A stretch of DNA of 61,983 nt, filler included, from Choristocarpus tenellus KU-1152 (Eukaryota; Protista; Phaeophyceae), in assembly GCA_964200185.2 (NCBI GenBank). It is 10 parts of 10 records of this genome, joined end to end, with 100 filler letters (N's around TTAATTAATTAA, not from the genome) between each part and the next. Parts side by side here need not be neighbours in the genome. Positions count along the whole stretch, not along the records: positions 13,829 to 28,983 come from CAXNAD020001042.1; positions 29,084 to 33,840 come from CAXNAD020013172.1; positions 33,941 to 36,991 come from CAXNAD020022673.1; 7 more parts are not named here. One strand, 5' to 3'. Below are positions 25,818 through 37,091 of this stretch, piece by piece. Within the stretch, counting starts at the first letter, position 1. Every line of letters begins with the position of its first letter. A model generated the notes under the pieces. It was not told the DNA's origin. It saw only the letters and a list, made by a program, of their open reading frames with translations, and did not search any database. Both the position numbers and the translations under genes were made by a program.

Positions 25818-28685
25818 CTTCTGTGCACCTTAAGCTCCGTAGGTTATCTACATCCTGTGGAACTAAATATCGAGCAGAATGAATTCACCTCTAGAAGACT
25901 AACTGTTGAAAATTTGTATCAGACTGAAGTTGCATATTTGGTGTGTTTTCAGTGGCCATTACTTTTGTGATACCCCTGTGCTTAGGAGTTAGTAATACTG
26001 TCAGGGAGCATTGTGTGGACGCCTTCTCCACTTCAAAAAATAGAATGATGAAACGGGACGTGCAGCGGAGTATGGATTGGTGATTGGTTGAATAAACTCA
26101 AGTTTTTAGCACGATCAACACCATTAGGATCACGATTTGAGATACAAAGAGTGACCACGCCAACACAAATAAACACTTGTTACTAGTGCTGGGATGCTAA
26201 AGTACTTAATGTCGAGTGTAAAGATATTGACTTTTGCTGATTTTTGTCCTCTTTCTCCACTCTAAAAATTAATTTTTCTCCCACTCTATTATGTGAGACG
26301 CTAGGCATGTTTTGTTCAAGAAAGGGTTAGGGGTTGCAAAGAGAGATTTGCCATTACATTTTAATACTTAGAAGTATATCAATTGTTCAAGTATACTTAA
26401 CACTAGCACATTCAAACTGATCTTGGGATGTCATTGACGGTGGGGAGGTACATAAAAAGATAATGTGCAATGAACACACCCACCAGCAACAAACTCTTTT
26501 TGTTTACAAATCACAGTTGTACAATGTGGAAGGAATAAATAAATAAGTTTTTTTTGTAAAATATAATTCATACAGCAGTTCCATGATACCTGTATGTTGA
26601 TATTAAAAAGTCACAAGATAGAGGTGTACTCCTCAACTCCTACAAAAGTGCCAACATTTTGATTTTTTTTTTGTTTGGTTGGCGGGCAGCTGCTGAGTTT
26701 CAAGAATTGATCCAATCCTGTGCGATATGAAGCTGTTTTCGTGATCCTTTCTCTCTATTCCGCTCCTCTTTTTCAAAGCTCTTGCTTTTGAAGTCTCAAG
26801 TCAATATATCTTCCTTCCTACTCCTGAAGGGAGTTATTGCAGATAACAGACTTCAGTATCTTGGTAGGTTTTCGCTAGTTGTCGTGATGTGGTTTGGGAT
26901 CGTGAATGTTCATGTTTCATATTGTATACTTCATTGAGTGTCATCATTTAAAGTGTTGAACTCTGGTGTACCAGGTGCAAGAACGGTTTAAGTAGTTTGA
27001 ATCAGAATGTAGAAATCACCAGCAATCCAGTATGGAGGGCTTAGGTCGGGGTAGTAGGTGTGCGTTGTGCATGGGAAAGATACCACAGCGAACTCTCCGG
27101 ATTACCATGCACTCAAATATCACAACACTTTTGAGTTTTTTTGGTGTCTTTATAGAACATATATGCCTTGTCCACCCTCCTCACAACCTCGCATACCACT
27201 TCCATCTTGTACAGCAATCTGATACCACTGCTTACATTTAATTCTTCAATCATAAGGACTTTCCACTGGGGTACAGGATAATCAAGGAGTTCCTCCGCCT
27301 GACCCTGAAGTCCTTGACTTGATCATGTGACCAAGCGACATTCACATGTGCGTTTTCAAAAGTTCAATGGCAAGTCAACTGTAGTTCTTGGATTGTATGC
27401 TTTATGCATGAAAAACCCTGGCTCACACTCCATGGAGTGAGGCATGACTACATAGATTCTTGCCATCTTGAACATGTTGGGGTATTCTGCCTTATTATAC
27501 TCACCCTATATTGTACACCAAAATTCGACGTACAAAGCCACGAGAGCATCACTCATGCGCTTAAGTTTCCATCTGCTTTGCTGAAGTCATCTTCGCTTCA
27601 TACCCCTGGTCCTTTCTCACCTCGTTGGTACACTGTGAGATGCCTGGGTTTAGTAGCCTCGAAAGTTCTTGAAAGTTGAGACGGTGTCAGACATCGTACA
27701 TGAGGTGCTTTGAGCTATCTTCTTACTCTTGTTTCAAGGCATTCCTGTGCACAAAAGGGGGACAATTGCCCCTTTCAATACCATAGTATTGAGCAAGCTC
27801 CACAATGATCTCATTAACATACACCAAAAACGTCTCGTATTATCTTCTGGGAGACTGTGACTCTGAAACGCTAGACATTTCCAGAGTGGCAACCTCACTG
27901 AAACAACTCAACTCTTTCAGCAGCCATAGCTACATTACGTTTACCTGCAGAAATCACAAGGTTGAACTCTTGAAGTATAAAGTGCAACATTTGTACCTTG
28001 AAGGTGGAGGTGGCACAATGAGATTGCTTGTTCAAGATCTTGAAGAATTTCTTACCCTTGCCTCTCCCCCCCAAAGTATTGAGAAGCTCGTTGAAACTGC
28101 ACCCCTGCAAGAAATTGACGCAGGGATGGACGTGGCATGCAAGGATCAGGCGCAGTCAGGTATGCTATCATGCTTACGTAGATGATGAAAATTTGGAAAA
28201 TTTGGTCATTTCTTTAAGCATACATACATCATACCATAAAAATATAAAGAAATAAAAAGTTCTAGCAGAGAACCTTGAATAAGTATGTGTTTTGTGGTAC
28301 AAAAGCAAGGGCATAATCTGGATGTCACTAACATAAAGAAGAAGACGAGAAAATACCAAAAACACCCAAATGTTATTCATTTTTAACTCCATTCATTAGA
28401 CGAAACTTAATCATTCTTTGTACGTGGTGGACTGCCTGACATCTTTGCACAGCATGTGAAAAATATCATCTTGGTGCACAATAGAAGGTACTCTCTGCAG
28501 GCGCATCTCCAAAACAAACTTGACCATGTTCTTAGTCCCCTTACCTCCCCTCCCGCCTCCTCATTAGCCACCCTTCGCCTGTGTGTGATCTTCTCACCCT
28601 TGCAGCCATCCCCTACATATAACAGTGGATTAAAAAAAAATGAGGATGGTTTTGATCGAAAATGGTGTGGAAAAAGTGCCGATAT

Positions 28686-28944
28686 GAGCCAAAGTATCTT
28701 AGAGTGTAGAGCCGTGTCCATTTGGGGGCCAAAATCCAATGTTGCGATTTTGATGTAACTTTGGTTATTGTGCTTGTTAGGAAGTGTCAATGTCCATGTT
28801 CTGGACACACCTTTTAGTAACATACATACTTTACCTACTCCTAAACATTTTGAAGTAGGAAAATCTCATAAAAGAACCCATGGGAAGCCAAGCCTCAAAT
28901 GGACAAACAGGCCAAAACTCGTACCCTCTAGGATACTTTCACTC
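28686..28944. mobile_element. MITE family A copy
   Basis: GAGCCAAAGTATCTTAGAG...GATACTTTCACTC; 4-bp TSD atat. Confidence 0.92.
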
Positions 28945-29280
28945 ATATGTTTTTTTTTGTAAATGTTGCGGCACTTTTTAAGGNNNNNNNNNNNNNNNNN
29001 NNNNNNNNNNNNNNNNNNNNNNNNNNNTTAATTAATTAANNNNNNNNNNNNNNNNNNNNNNNNNNNNNNNNNNNNNNNNNNNNTCTTTTCAAAATCTATA
29101 TTGTGCTGACAAAAAACGTCAACACAAGAAAAATACTCTCGATCGCAGCCCCCCCCCCCCCCTCCCCCCCCCTTATCTGCTATGGGGATCTATCGGCAGG
29201 CCCTGTAGTACCAGCTCTGGACTATTCATGAAACAAAGAGTTTTTCACACGCATCAAGGCCATTTCAGAATAGCCAACAC

Positions 29281-32200
29281 CTGCCTTTTGGAGAAGGAGT
29301 CGCTCTTGTTCTTTCAAAAGTTGTTGTTCCCTTTTTGTGAAGTCCTCCAGGATAGACTCCAGTATCTTTTCCTGTGTGAGGAAGAGGTGTGTGAATGTAC
29401 TGATTGTGACTCTCTCCAAGTATGTTTCAAATCATTACTTTTTAACACTGGCCCCCTTCCTACAATGCCGTTGCATATCTAAGATTGTGCCTTCAACAAG
29501 TAGCCTGCAATGCCTTCCTAGGTTGTTAGTATTCAACATGGAATGTGGGTGATGTCAAGGAGGAAATGCAAATTATTTCATTGTTGGAGAGTCGTGAGCA
29601 TGTGGCTCAATTATAATTACGTTTTAAATGGTCGTTCCTTTCTCCACTCACAAACACCCCCTTCAAAGCAATTAATAACTGGGAAGGGGTACAAGCAGGT
29701 ATCAATGAAGACCCCAAGTTTCCCTCTGATCAGAGATTTCCCTCCAGTGTCTTCCAGCTGATTTCTACATTCAGTATTTGGCATTCCCAGGGCGAAATCT
29801 CACTAGACAATAGGAAGAAGTTTAAGAGCCATGCCAAACATAGCCCTTTCTTTCCCCTGGTGAGATGAATGACGCAGGGGTCGATTCTCCAGTTAATGCG
29901 ACAAGTAGATGCTTGAAGTGCAAAAATTCCCAGTGACAATTTGCTGCAAGAATATTGGCATTGATGCAGCTTCTATCTCTTAATACTGCCTGGTTGATTT
30001 TACTCCCATCTACGTTTTTCTTATTATTCCTCAAATATGAGACAGCTAGCCCGGAAGTTGATATTTCAAATGCCTTCTTACAAGTTGTCCGGATTTAGTA
30101 TGATGCAGGAAGAAAGAGATAGAAATATCAAATATAAAAATGCATGACCAACAGTGATCAAATCGAGGTTATCACTTAGACTAGTATACATATATGTGTG
30201 TGCATGTGCATGTGTGTGTACGTGTGTGTGTGATTTATGCCCATGAAGAAGAGAGTAGTTCCGGTCAGGATGTTTCTTGCAGGTTGGAGTTGGTATTGTA
30301 TGGTCAGTGGGGGCAGTGCAGTGCTTGTGGTGTACAGTAATCCCAGTAGACAGGGCAACAGGCAATTTGCATTTCAAGCATGTATGCTTGCCTTGCCCTT
30401 CATCTCCTCCACGACAGCTCTGAGATTCTCCTCCTCCGCTAATGAAGTGTCAAGCTTACCCCTAAGTTCAGTCAGGGCCCCTCTTTCACTCGTCTCAGAT
30501 GTTGTCTATGCATTCAAGAAGTGGGTGTGGCACAGCAGCAGAGCAAGGGATTTCATTGAGGCCTGGGCTGGCGAAAGAGAGAGTCAAACATAGGCTAGGA
30601 AAACAGCTGAACCTGGGGAAGGGTGAGGTGGGATCAAGGCTTGTTACAAGCAATCCGCACAGGACGCCGCTTGAGGCAATGCCAGAGGAGAGAGCTGATT
30701 GGACAATCAAATGAAACAGTTTGAGAATAGCGATCTACGTTCCAATTTAACTCTCTGAATATGTTGGTTGTTGGTGCAATGGCACAGCAATCTAGTTGAG
30801 CTACATGGTAATTGCTGTGCAACCTGTGTGACTCTCTTATCTTTTTCTTTTTCATACTCTATAGAGCATACTTCTTCACACTCTCGCACCACATTGATAG
30901 AGCTCTGACAACGCCGTTTGCACAAAAAAATTAAGTAGACAAAGCTTATTTCAAGTAATTGAATCGAGATTATTTTCCACCCTGTGTGTCAAGAGTTGTG
31001 CGCTGAGTGGTGTGAAAAAGTGAGGGGGGAGGGGAGGTTGAACAGAAAAATCGTTGTGATACATAAGATGTTCCATTGGTGTGGATATTGACTTGTACCA
31101 CATCCCCCACATTCCCAATCTTATCCTCATTGTCATATAGTCGTTAGTAACCTCAGAGTGATTCCTTCGAGCTAATCTGCTTGTATCTTGTAGTTCTGGC
31201 AAGGGGTGATGGCATTGTGTGTACTTACCGTGCCAAGGTTGTTCTCAAGTCCTGTGGGGTCTTGGTTAAACGTGTCAAGGGACTTAGATAGGGCTTGCTT
31301 GAGGGACTCAATCGTCTCCTCCAGGAACGTGATGACGACATCCCGTTCACTTATCTCATCTGTCAAGTGTTTAGCGACTTCCTTTGGAAAGTCTCACGGC
31401 ACGGGGGTGGGGGGGGGCACAAACAAAATTGGAAGTGTTAGAGTATGCAAATTACAGTGAAAAAAATATGATTTTTCATTTCTAGTCATCAGCGGTAACT
31501 CTTGATATTCAATTTACATACTAGCTGTTTTGGAGAAAAACGATCTTGGAAAGCTGCTAAAAAATCTAATACTTCCTCTAAGGAAATCTGGTGCTTACAG
31601 CTAAGACCAAAGTGTATGGCCTTTTGACCCCTCGCTTCCAGGTTGCGTCAGACAGTGAGTTAATGTGGAGATGGTCAATTTCGATCATTGTTCGTTGCTA
31701 TAACATCAACGGTGATTAATGGGCAGGTCATGTCGCCCCAGTGGTTGAGGTTTAATGCAAGGACTTCGACAAGATTCAGAGAGTCTCTTGGTATCAAATA
31801 CTTAGGTCAAAGTGATTTCTGCATTACCCAGAGGGTCAAGGTAAAATGTGCGACCAAGACTGGACTTAGGACACAGGTGGATCCCTTCTCTTTAAAATCA
31901 ATCCTCCATAATAAATATGTGATCCTCACACTTTTCCCTAAATTTTAACACATCTCTCACTTCTAAAGTTATCAGGACTTCAATTCAAGTCCAACTCATG
32001 GACACCTTTAACCCCAGTAAAGACTTTGCCGGAGAGATACCATGCCCAACTCCCTCTCTCAGCTACCTCCATTTCTTCAAGCTGAACCTTGCTCTTTATC
32101 AGCTCTTCCTCCTTCAGTCTGTAGTCCTCACTCATTGAGTCCCTCAGGGGCTTCTCAGGACCAGTCACTCCTGCTTGCTTCAGACCAGCTATGGCTGGGA

Positions 32201-32676
32201 TATCAGTTGCACCCTCCATAATTGATGTCCTTAGCTCAGATTCAACTCCTTCGCATCCAGCAGCTGGATCTGAATGAGGTATATCACCTTCCTCCAACCC
32301 AAGTGTAGCAGCTTGGTCGTAACTTTCCCTGGAGGAAGCTGGTCCTCCCTCAACCGGCCCAACCAAAGGTGGCACAACCACCTCTCCCTCCACCCCTTTG
32401 TTTGATTGAGTAACAGCACTTGAGCAGATAGGGTCAACCGGGGAATGGTTGTCAATGACAGCTGAGACTGTATTCATGACAGAGGAGGCTTGAGCAATGT
32501 TGCCATCTGGACCAGTGGTGACTGAACAGCTCTGCGATTTGGAAGCATGAGTGCATAAGATTTTGCCAGGAATCATGGTCGAATGCTCGTGTTATACAAC
32601 AGTGGAGTGCCTGCAAAAAGAGCATCTAGTCCCCTTACCTGGGCTGTTCTTACAGAAGGAAAGTTATCAACCGTGC
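29281..32676 (-). CDS. Internal part of a multi-exon coiled-coil protein of unknown function (contig-truncated)
   Basis: Phase-compatible exons 32676-32639, 32531-32067, 31381-31229, 30904-30824, 30505-30392 (GC donor AAG|gcaagc), and a later exon 29371-29281. E/K/L heptad-like stretches (LKEEELIKSKVQLEEME, FLEETIESLKQAL, LAEEENLRAVVEEMK, KREQQLLKEQERLL). Exons between 30392 and 29371 unresolved. Confidence 0.65.
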
Positions 32677-32706
32677 CTGAGGAGACAATTTTTTTCGTGT
32701 TTGCAA

Positions 32707-32965
32707 GAGTGAAAGTATCTTAGAAGGTACGAGTTTTGCCCTATTTGTCCGTTTGGATCTTGGCTTCTCACGGGGCTTTTTTATGACATTTTCCTACCCC
32801 AAAATGTTCTGGAGTAGGTAAAATATGTACATTACGAAACGTGTGTCCGGAACAAGGATATTGATATTTCCTAACAAACACGTTAGCCAAAATTTAATCA
32901 AAAATGCAACATTGGATTTTGACCCCCAATTGGACACAACTCTACCATCTAAGATACTTTGACTC
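32707..32965. mobile_element. MITE family A copy
   Basis: GAGTGAAAGTATCTTAG...AGATACTTTGACTC; flanks caa/caa (caag if the left terminal G is counted as target). Confidence 0.92.
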
Positions 32966-33941
32966 CAAGGATATTTTTCCAACCATGTTTCAACGACAGG
33001 GTTTACAGGGAGAAAAAAGCTTCACAGACCTTCGTATCTCCACAGATAGACGGGAAGATGAACACACGTAGATATTCTACAGGTCAGGCAAGTCTTCAGT
33101 TTGGAGGGGTTTTCGGGGACCATATCGATACAGTAAAGAAAATTGAAAGTGTTGTAATGCTCTGTTAGGCAGATAGCCGCCATCAAAGGGACCTGGTAGG
33201 CCCTTACTACAGGAAGAAGAGGGTAATCATCACCTCTTATAATGATCTTGGAAGAGGTTACTCGAATCAAGTGTGTGCTAAAGCACATTTGAAATGTTTG
33301 GGGAATTATCATTGCATATCTACTGAGTACATGCAAGTCATTTGTTTTATCTTGGGTTTTAATTGGTACTTATCTACATCCACGTACATTTGTCATGTTC
33401 CTGGGTGTCATTGGTACTTACCTACATCCTTGCACATTTGACATGTTCTTTGGCGTCATCAGTATGTATAGTACGTGCATGTTTAGAGTGGGGTTAAATA
33501 AGTCTATGCTTATGATCCTGGTGTCGAGAAGTAGTGAAAATGTGCAAGTGCAGTAAATCAGTAAAATTTGTTTTGAGATTTAAAAAAAGGTGGCTATCTG
33601 CAGACACTCAACCAGCACAAGAGGATAGGGCTGTCATGTATAGTTGCATAGGGCTTGAACTACTAGTGGAAAAAGTGTTTTGATTTGAACTGAGTGAGGT
33701 ATTCATTCCTCTGCATATTCAGAACAGGGGGGTATGTCAGCGATGACGCTCAAATGCACTTGTGTGATAATAGTGATTTGTGGAGCAGAAACCCACCAAG
33801 ATTGTGTGGGTAAATGCGTGCTGTGCCGTGTGCATGCCCCNNNNNNNNNNNNNNNNNNNNNNNNNNNNNNNNNNNNNNNNNNNNTTAATTAATTAANNNN
33901 NNNNNNNNNNNNNNNNNNNNNNNNNNNNNNNNNNNNNNNNC

Positions 33942-34131
33942 GACCCAAAGTATTGGGGAGGGGGGGGGGGGGGGGAGGGGGGGGCTACACCGGAGTGTCC
34001 ATTTGAACCAAAACCAGGAAAAGTGCACTTTCATTATCCATCCAACCTATGGAACCAAATCACCCAAAAATCGCTACATGAAAAAATTGGCCCCAAATGG
34101 ACAGACGCCACCCCCCCAGATACTTTGAGCC
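33942..34131. mobile_element. MITE family B (G-tract) copy inserted in an exon of the discoidin-like pseudogene
   Basis: Right TIR CCCCCCAGATACTTTGAGCC; internal ccaggaaaagtgcactt..attatccatcc shared with 60257-60450 and 60774-60974. Confidence 0.85.
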
Positions 34132-35600
34132 AGTGTAACCGATGAGACGCCGGATTCGTAGACCCATTAGTTCTCATACGCCAGGGTATCTCCCGCACTT
34201 GTGAAGGAACCATCGTACGCACCGTTGATGTAAACTTCCCATGAGCGCTGATGCTCGTCACCCTTGTAGAAGGTTGAGACAAGAGATTGGGAAAGAGCAT
34301 CGATTGTAGAGCGTTGAATTAATGCAACAGCGATGAGACTGTCGGCTCATGTGTCCTACTCATGGCACACCTGAAGCACCCACGTACTCTACAGGCAAGC
34401 CAACCAGAGACCTTTCAACTGCTGTGGTGGGATATTTTGGCAAACCTGAGAAGCATATTCTATGGAATTGTGGAGGATGGAACAGAACTCACACAAGCGG
34501 ATAAGGTTCAGGTTAACTGCGCTGGAGAAATCGTAGGTGATGCTGTACAGCCCCCCAGTGGCTCCCGAGTTGATGCATGACCAACGGCTTACATCGTCGT
34601 CACAGTCTCCCACCTGCAACGGTGGAGCAATGAGATTAACGTTTTGGGCTTTTGAGGTAAGAGCAGAAACGTATACAAGTTGGCAAGTTTTGTCGACTTC
34701 CTGAGGACCATGCATTGGTGGATATATGTTGGTCTCCCATCCTCTTCCCAAGTCTGTATTATTGTGTATTCTGCATCTCAATGGATCACTCGTGTTAAAA
34801 CCTTGAATTGAATGAATCGTAGATTCTCGCCAAGTATTCTGCGTAGAGGCTTGAAGTCTTGTATTTCGAAAGAGGTGACCCAGTGCACTGAAGAACTGGT
34901 GAAGTTCAATGTGAGAAGTCTGGTCGTGTAACTCTGTGAGGAAGCTGGTTGGACACTGTAAATTACAGCACCATTCAGTGCCGCAGTCCAGGATAGTCGA
35001 GGTTTGTTTACCTTGTAAAGGAAGTTGTGGATGTATTCACTCTGAATATGCCTCATCCAGGTCTGTATCGAGGTACACTCTCAGCAGAGCAAGGTGGAGT
35101 TCTCACAAGGGGGTGACACCCCAAAGCTACTTCTAGTATGAAACAAGACATCGGGGTGGGTTGGGCTTCAAGGAAAAAGAAATAATCAAGCCTATGTCTG
35201 AATCAACACGTGTGTGTGTGTCAGTCACAGGGGTGGTGGTGGTGACACACTGAGTTTGTGTCGAAGAAGGTCCACCAATCTCCAGCAGACAATGGCACGT
35301 GTCGATCACATACCGTGCAGGTTGGTATGCAGGTGATATGGGCACTCACACACTAAGGAAACATTAGTAGTGGACGAGCCAACGCTCGTCACTGCGTAAT
35401 GATACTGAACTCTATCTATGTATCACATTGAGAGCAGCCCATGTCCCAACAACTCACCCTCGTGACAGAAGGAAGGCAGGGACCATTGTAACCGCTGGTG
35501 GTGCAGGCATCGTACCCCATGGAAGAAACAACCACGCTGTTGCTGGTATCGCCAATCTCATCGCCCTCCAGTGCGAGGAAGATCACCGGGGACGAAAAAC
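34132..35600 (-). pseudogene. Pseudogene of a brown-algal-type discoidin / F5-8 type C (CBM32-like) repeat protein
   Basis: Exon-like blocks: ..VVSSMGYDACTTSGYNGPCLPSVTR|gtgagt (~35455-35590); cag|VGDCDDDVSRWSCINSGATGGLYSITYDFSSAVNLNLIRL|gtgagt (~34490-34615); FYKGDEHQRSWEVYINGAYDGSFTSAGDTLAYEN*WV (~34132-34272). Last block has a CAA acceptor, an in-frame TAA and a MITE insertion. Family call from recalled DG.....SRWSC / ITYD / FYKGDER motifs. Confidence 0.7.
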
Positions 35601-35799
35601 ATGGGTCGGTGAGGTTGAAGATTCATGCAAGTGATTTGGTTCTCCGAAGAGGCTAGTTCCCAGTACTCTTGTGTGCTTTTTTGCGCAATGGTTAGCTTGC
35701 CCACCGCATGCGGTTTGTCTGAAAGTAGGTCTTAATGAGTCAAAGTAAACGAGAGGTCCTCAGAGTTGCATTTTAAGTATGCTGACTGTTTTACAAACG

Positions 35800-35945
35800 T
35801 TGTATACGATATTTCTGAACTCTGTCGAAAAGTCTCAAACAACAGAGAAGTCAACACTCTCAAGTCAAACTCGGCACTTCAGCCATATACAAATATGGGT
35901 GGATTGCAGAAGATTGAAAACCGTCTTAAAATGCAAAACGACCAT
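35800..35945. repeat. Dispersed repeat, paralogous to 59340-59750 but lacking the MITE
   Basis: tctgtcgaaa..aacactctcaagtcaaactcggc..gggtggattgca..tgcaaaac aligns with the flanks of the MITE at 59388-59668. Confidence 0.75.
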
Positions 35946-36065
35946 AACCTGGGTACCTCTCGTTCAAACCTGAGTTCATATGTGTTACGCATTGTTGTGC
36001 TGAGTCTAGTTTGTGACGAAGGGTATCACAGTTCAAAAAAGCACTGTTGAATTTGTTCTGTAGGA

Positions 36066-36586
36066 GAGCCAAAGTATCTTAAAGGGAAGGGCCCCGTCCA
36101 TTTGGGGGCCATAATCCAATGTTGCCATTTTGATGTTATTTTGGGTATCGTCTTTGTTAGGAAGTGTCAGTATCCTTGTTGCGGACACACCTTTTCATAA
36201 CGGACACATTTTACCTACTCCGAAACATTTTAGAGTAAGAAGATGTCATAAGAGTAAAAGTATCTTAGAGGGTACGAGTTTTGCCCTGTTTGTCCATTTG
36301 AGGTTTGGCTTCCCATGTATTATTATGAATGATATTTTCCTACTTCGAAATGTCTTGGAGTACGTGAAATGCATGTTATGAAAAGGTGTGTCTCTGGAAC
36401 GAGGATATTGACAATTCCTAACAAACACGATAGCCAAAATCTCATCAAAATCGCAACATTGGATTTGGCCCCCAAATGGACGCGCCCCTACCCTCTAAGA
36501 CACTTTGACAAAAAAAAAACATGGGAGCCAAGCCCCAAATGGACAAACAGGGCAAACCTCATACCCTTTAAGATACTTTCTCACTC
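36066..36586. mobile_element. MITE family A outer copy, split by a nested copy
   Basis: Halves 36066-36251 and 36510-36586 rejoin to one element; 4-bp TSD agga. Confidence 0.9.
36252..36509. mobile_element. MITE family A inner copy, opposite orientation
   Basis: GAGTAAAAGTATCTTAGAGGGTA...TACCCTCTAAGACACTTTGAC, inserted in the A-tract of the outer copy. Confidence 0.9.
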
Positions 36587-36736
36587 AGGATTGATGACAA
36601 ATTTTACTCAATCAGACAATGGTTCATGTGAAAGTGTGTTTGGTCGTGCTGTAGCTAGTACAGTTAGAGAAAGGTGTGTGTCATAGTGCAACAAAACACC
36701 TGTGGATTCGTTCTGGTGCGTCTGACGGGATGTTTT

Positions 36737-36991
36737 GAGTGAGAGTATCTTAGAGGGTAGGAGTTTTGCCCTGTTTGTCCATTTGGGGCTTGGCTTCTCA
36801 CGGCTTTTTAATGACATTTTATAAAATCCAAAATGTTTTGGAGTAGATAAAATTAGACGTTATGAAGAAGTGTGTCCGGAACAAGGATATTGACATCTCC
36901 TAACAAACATGATAGCCAAAATCACATCAAAATTGCAACATTGCATTTTGGCCCCTAAATGGACGCGGCTCTATCCTCTAAGATACTTTGC
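36737..36991. mobile_element. MITE family A copy, running into the contig end
   Basis: GAGTGAGAGTATCTTAGAGGGTA...CCTCTAAGATACTTTG. Confidence 0.9.
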
Positions 36992-37091
36992 NNNNNNNNN
37001 NNNNNNNNNNNNNNNNNNNNNNNNNNNNNNNNNNNTTAATTAATTAANNNNNNNNNNNNNNNNNNNNNNNNNNNNNNNNNNNNNNNNNNNN

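Noticed and set aside
26640-28200. Minus-strand exon-like, charged fragments (e.g. KSFEKEERNREK, KRNVAMAAERVELF)
   Set aside because: Stops in every attempted splice model and no recognisable family; at most an old pseudogene.
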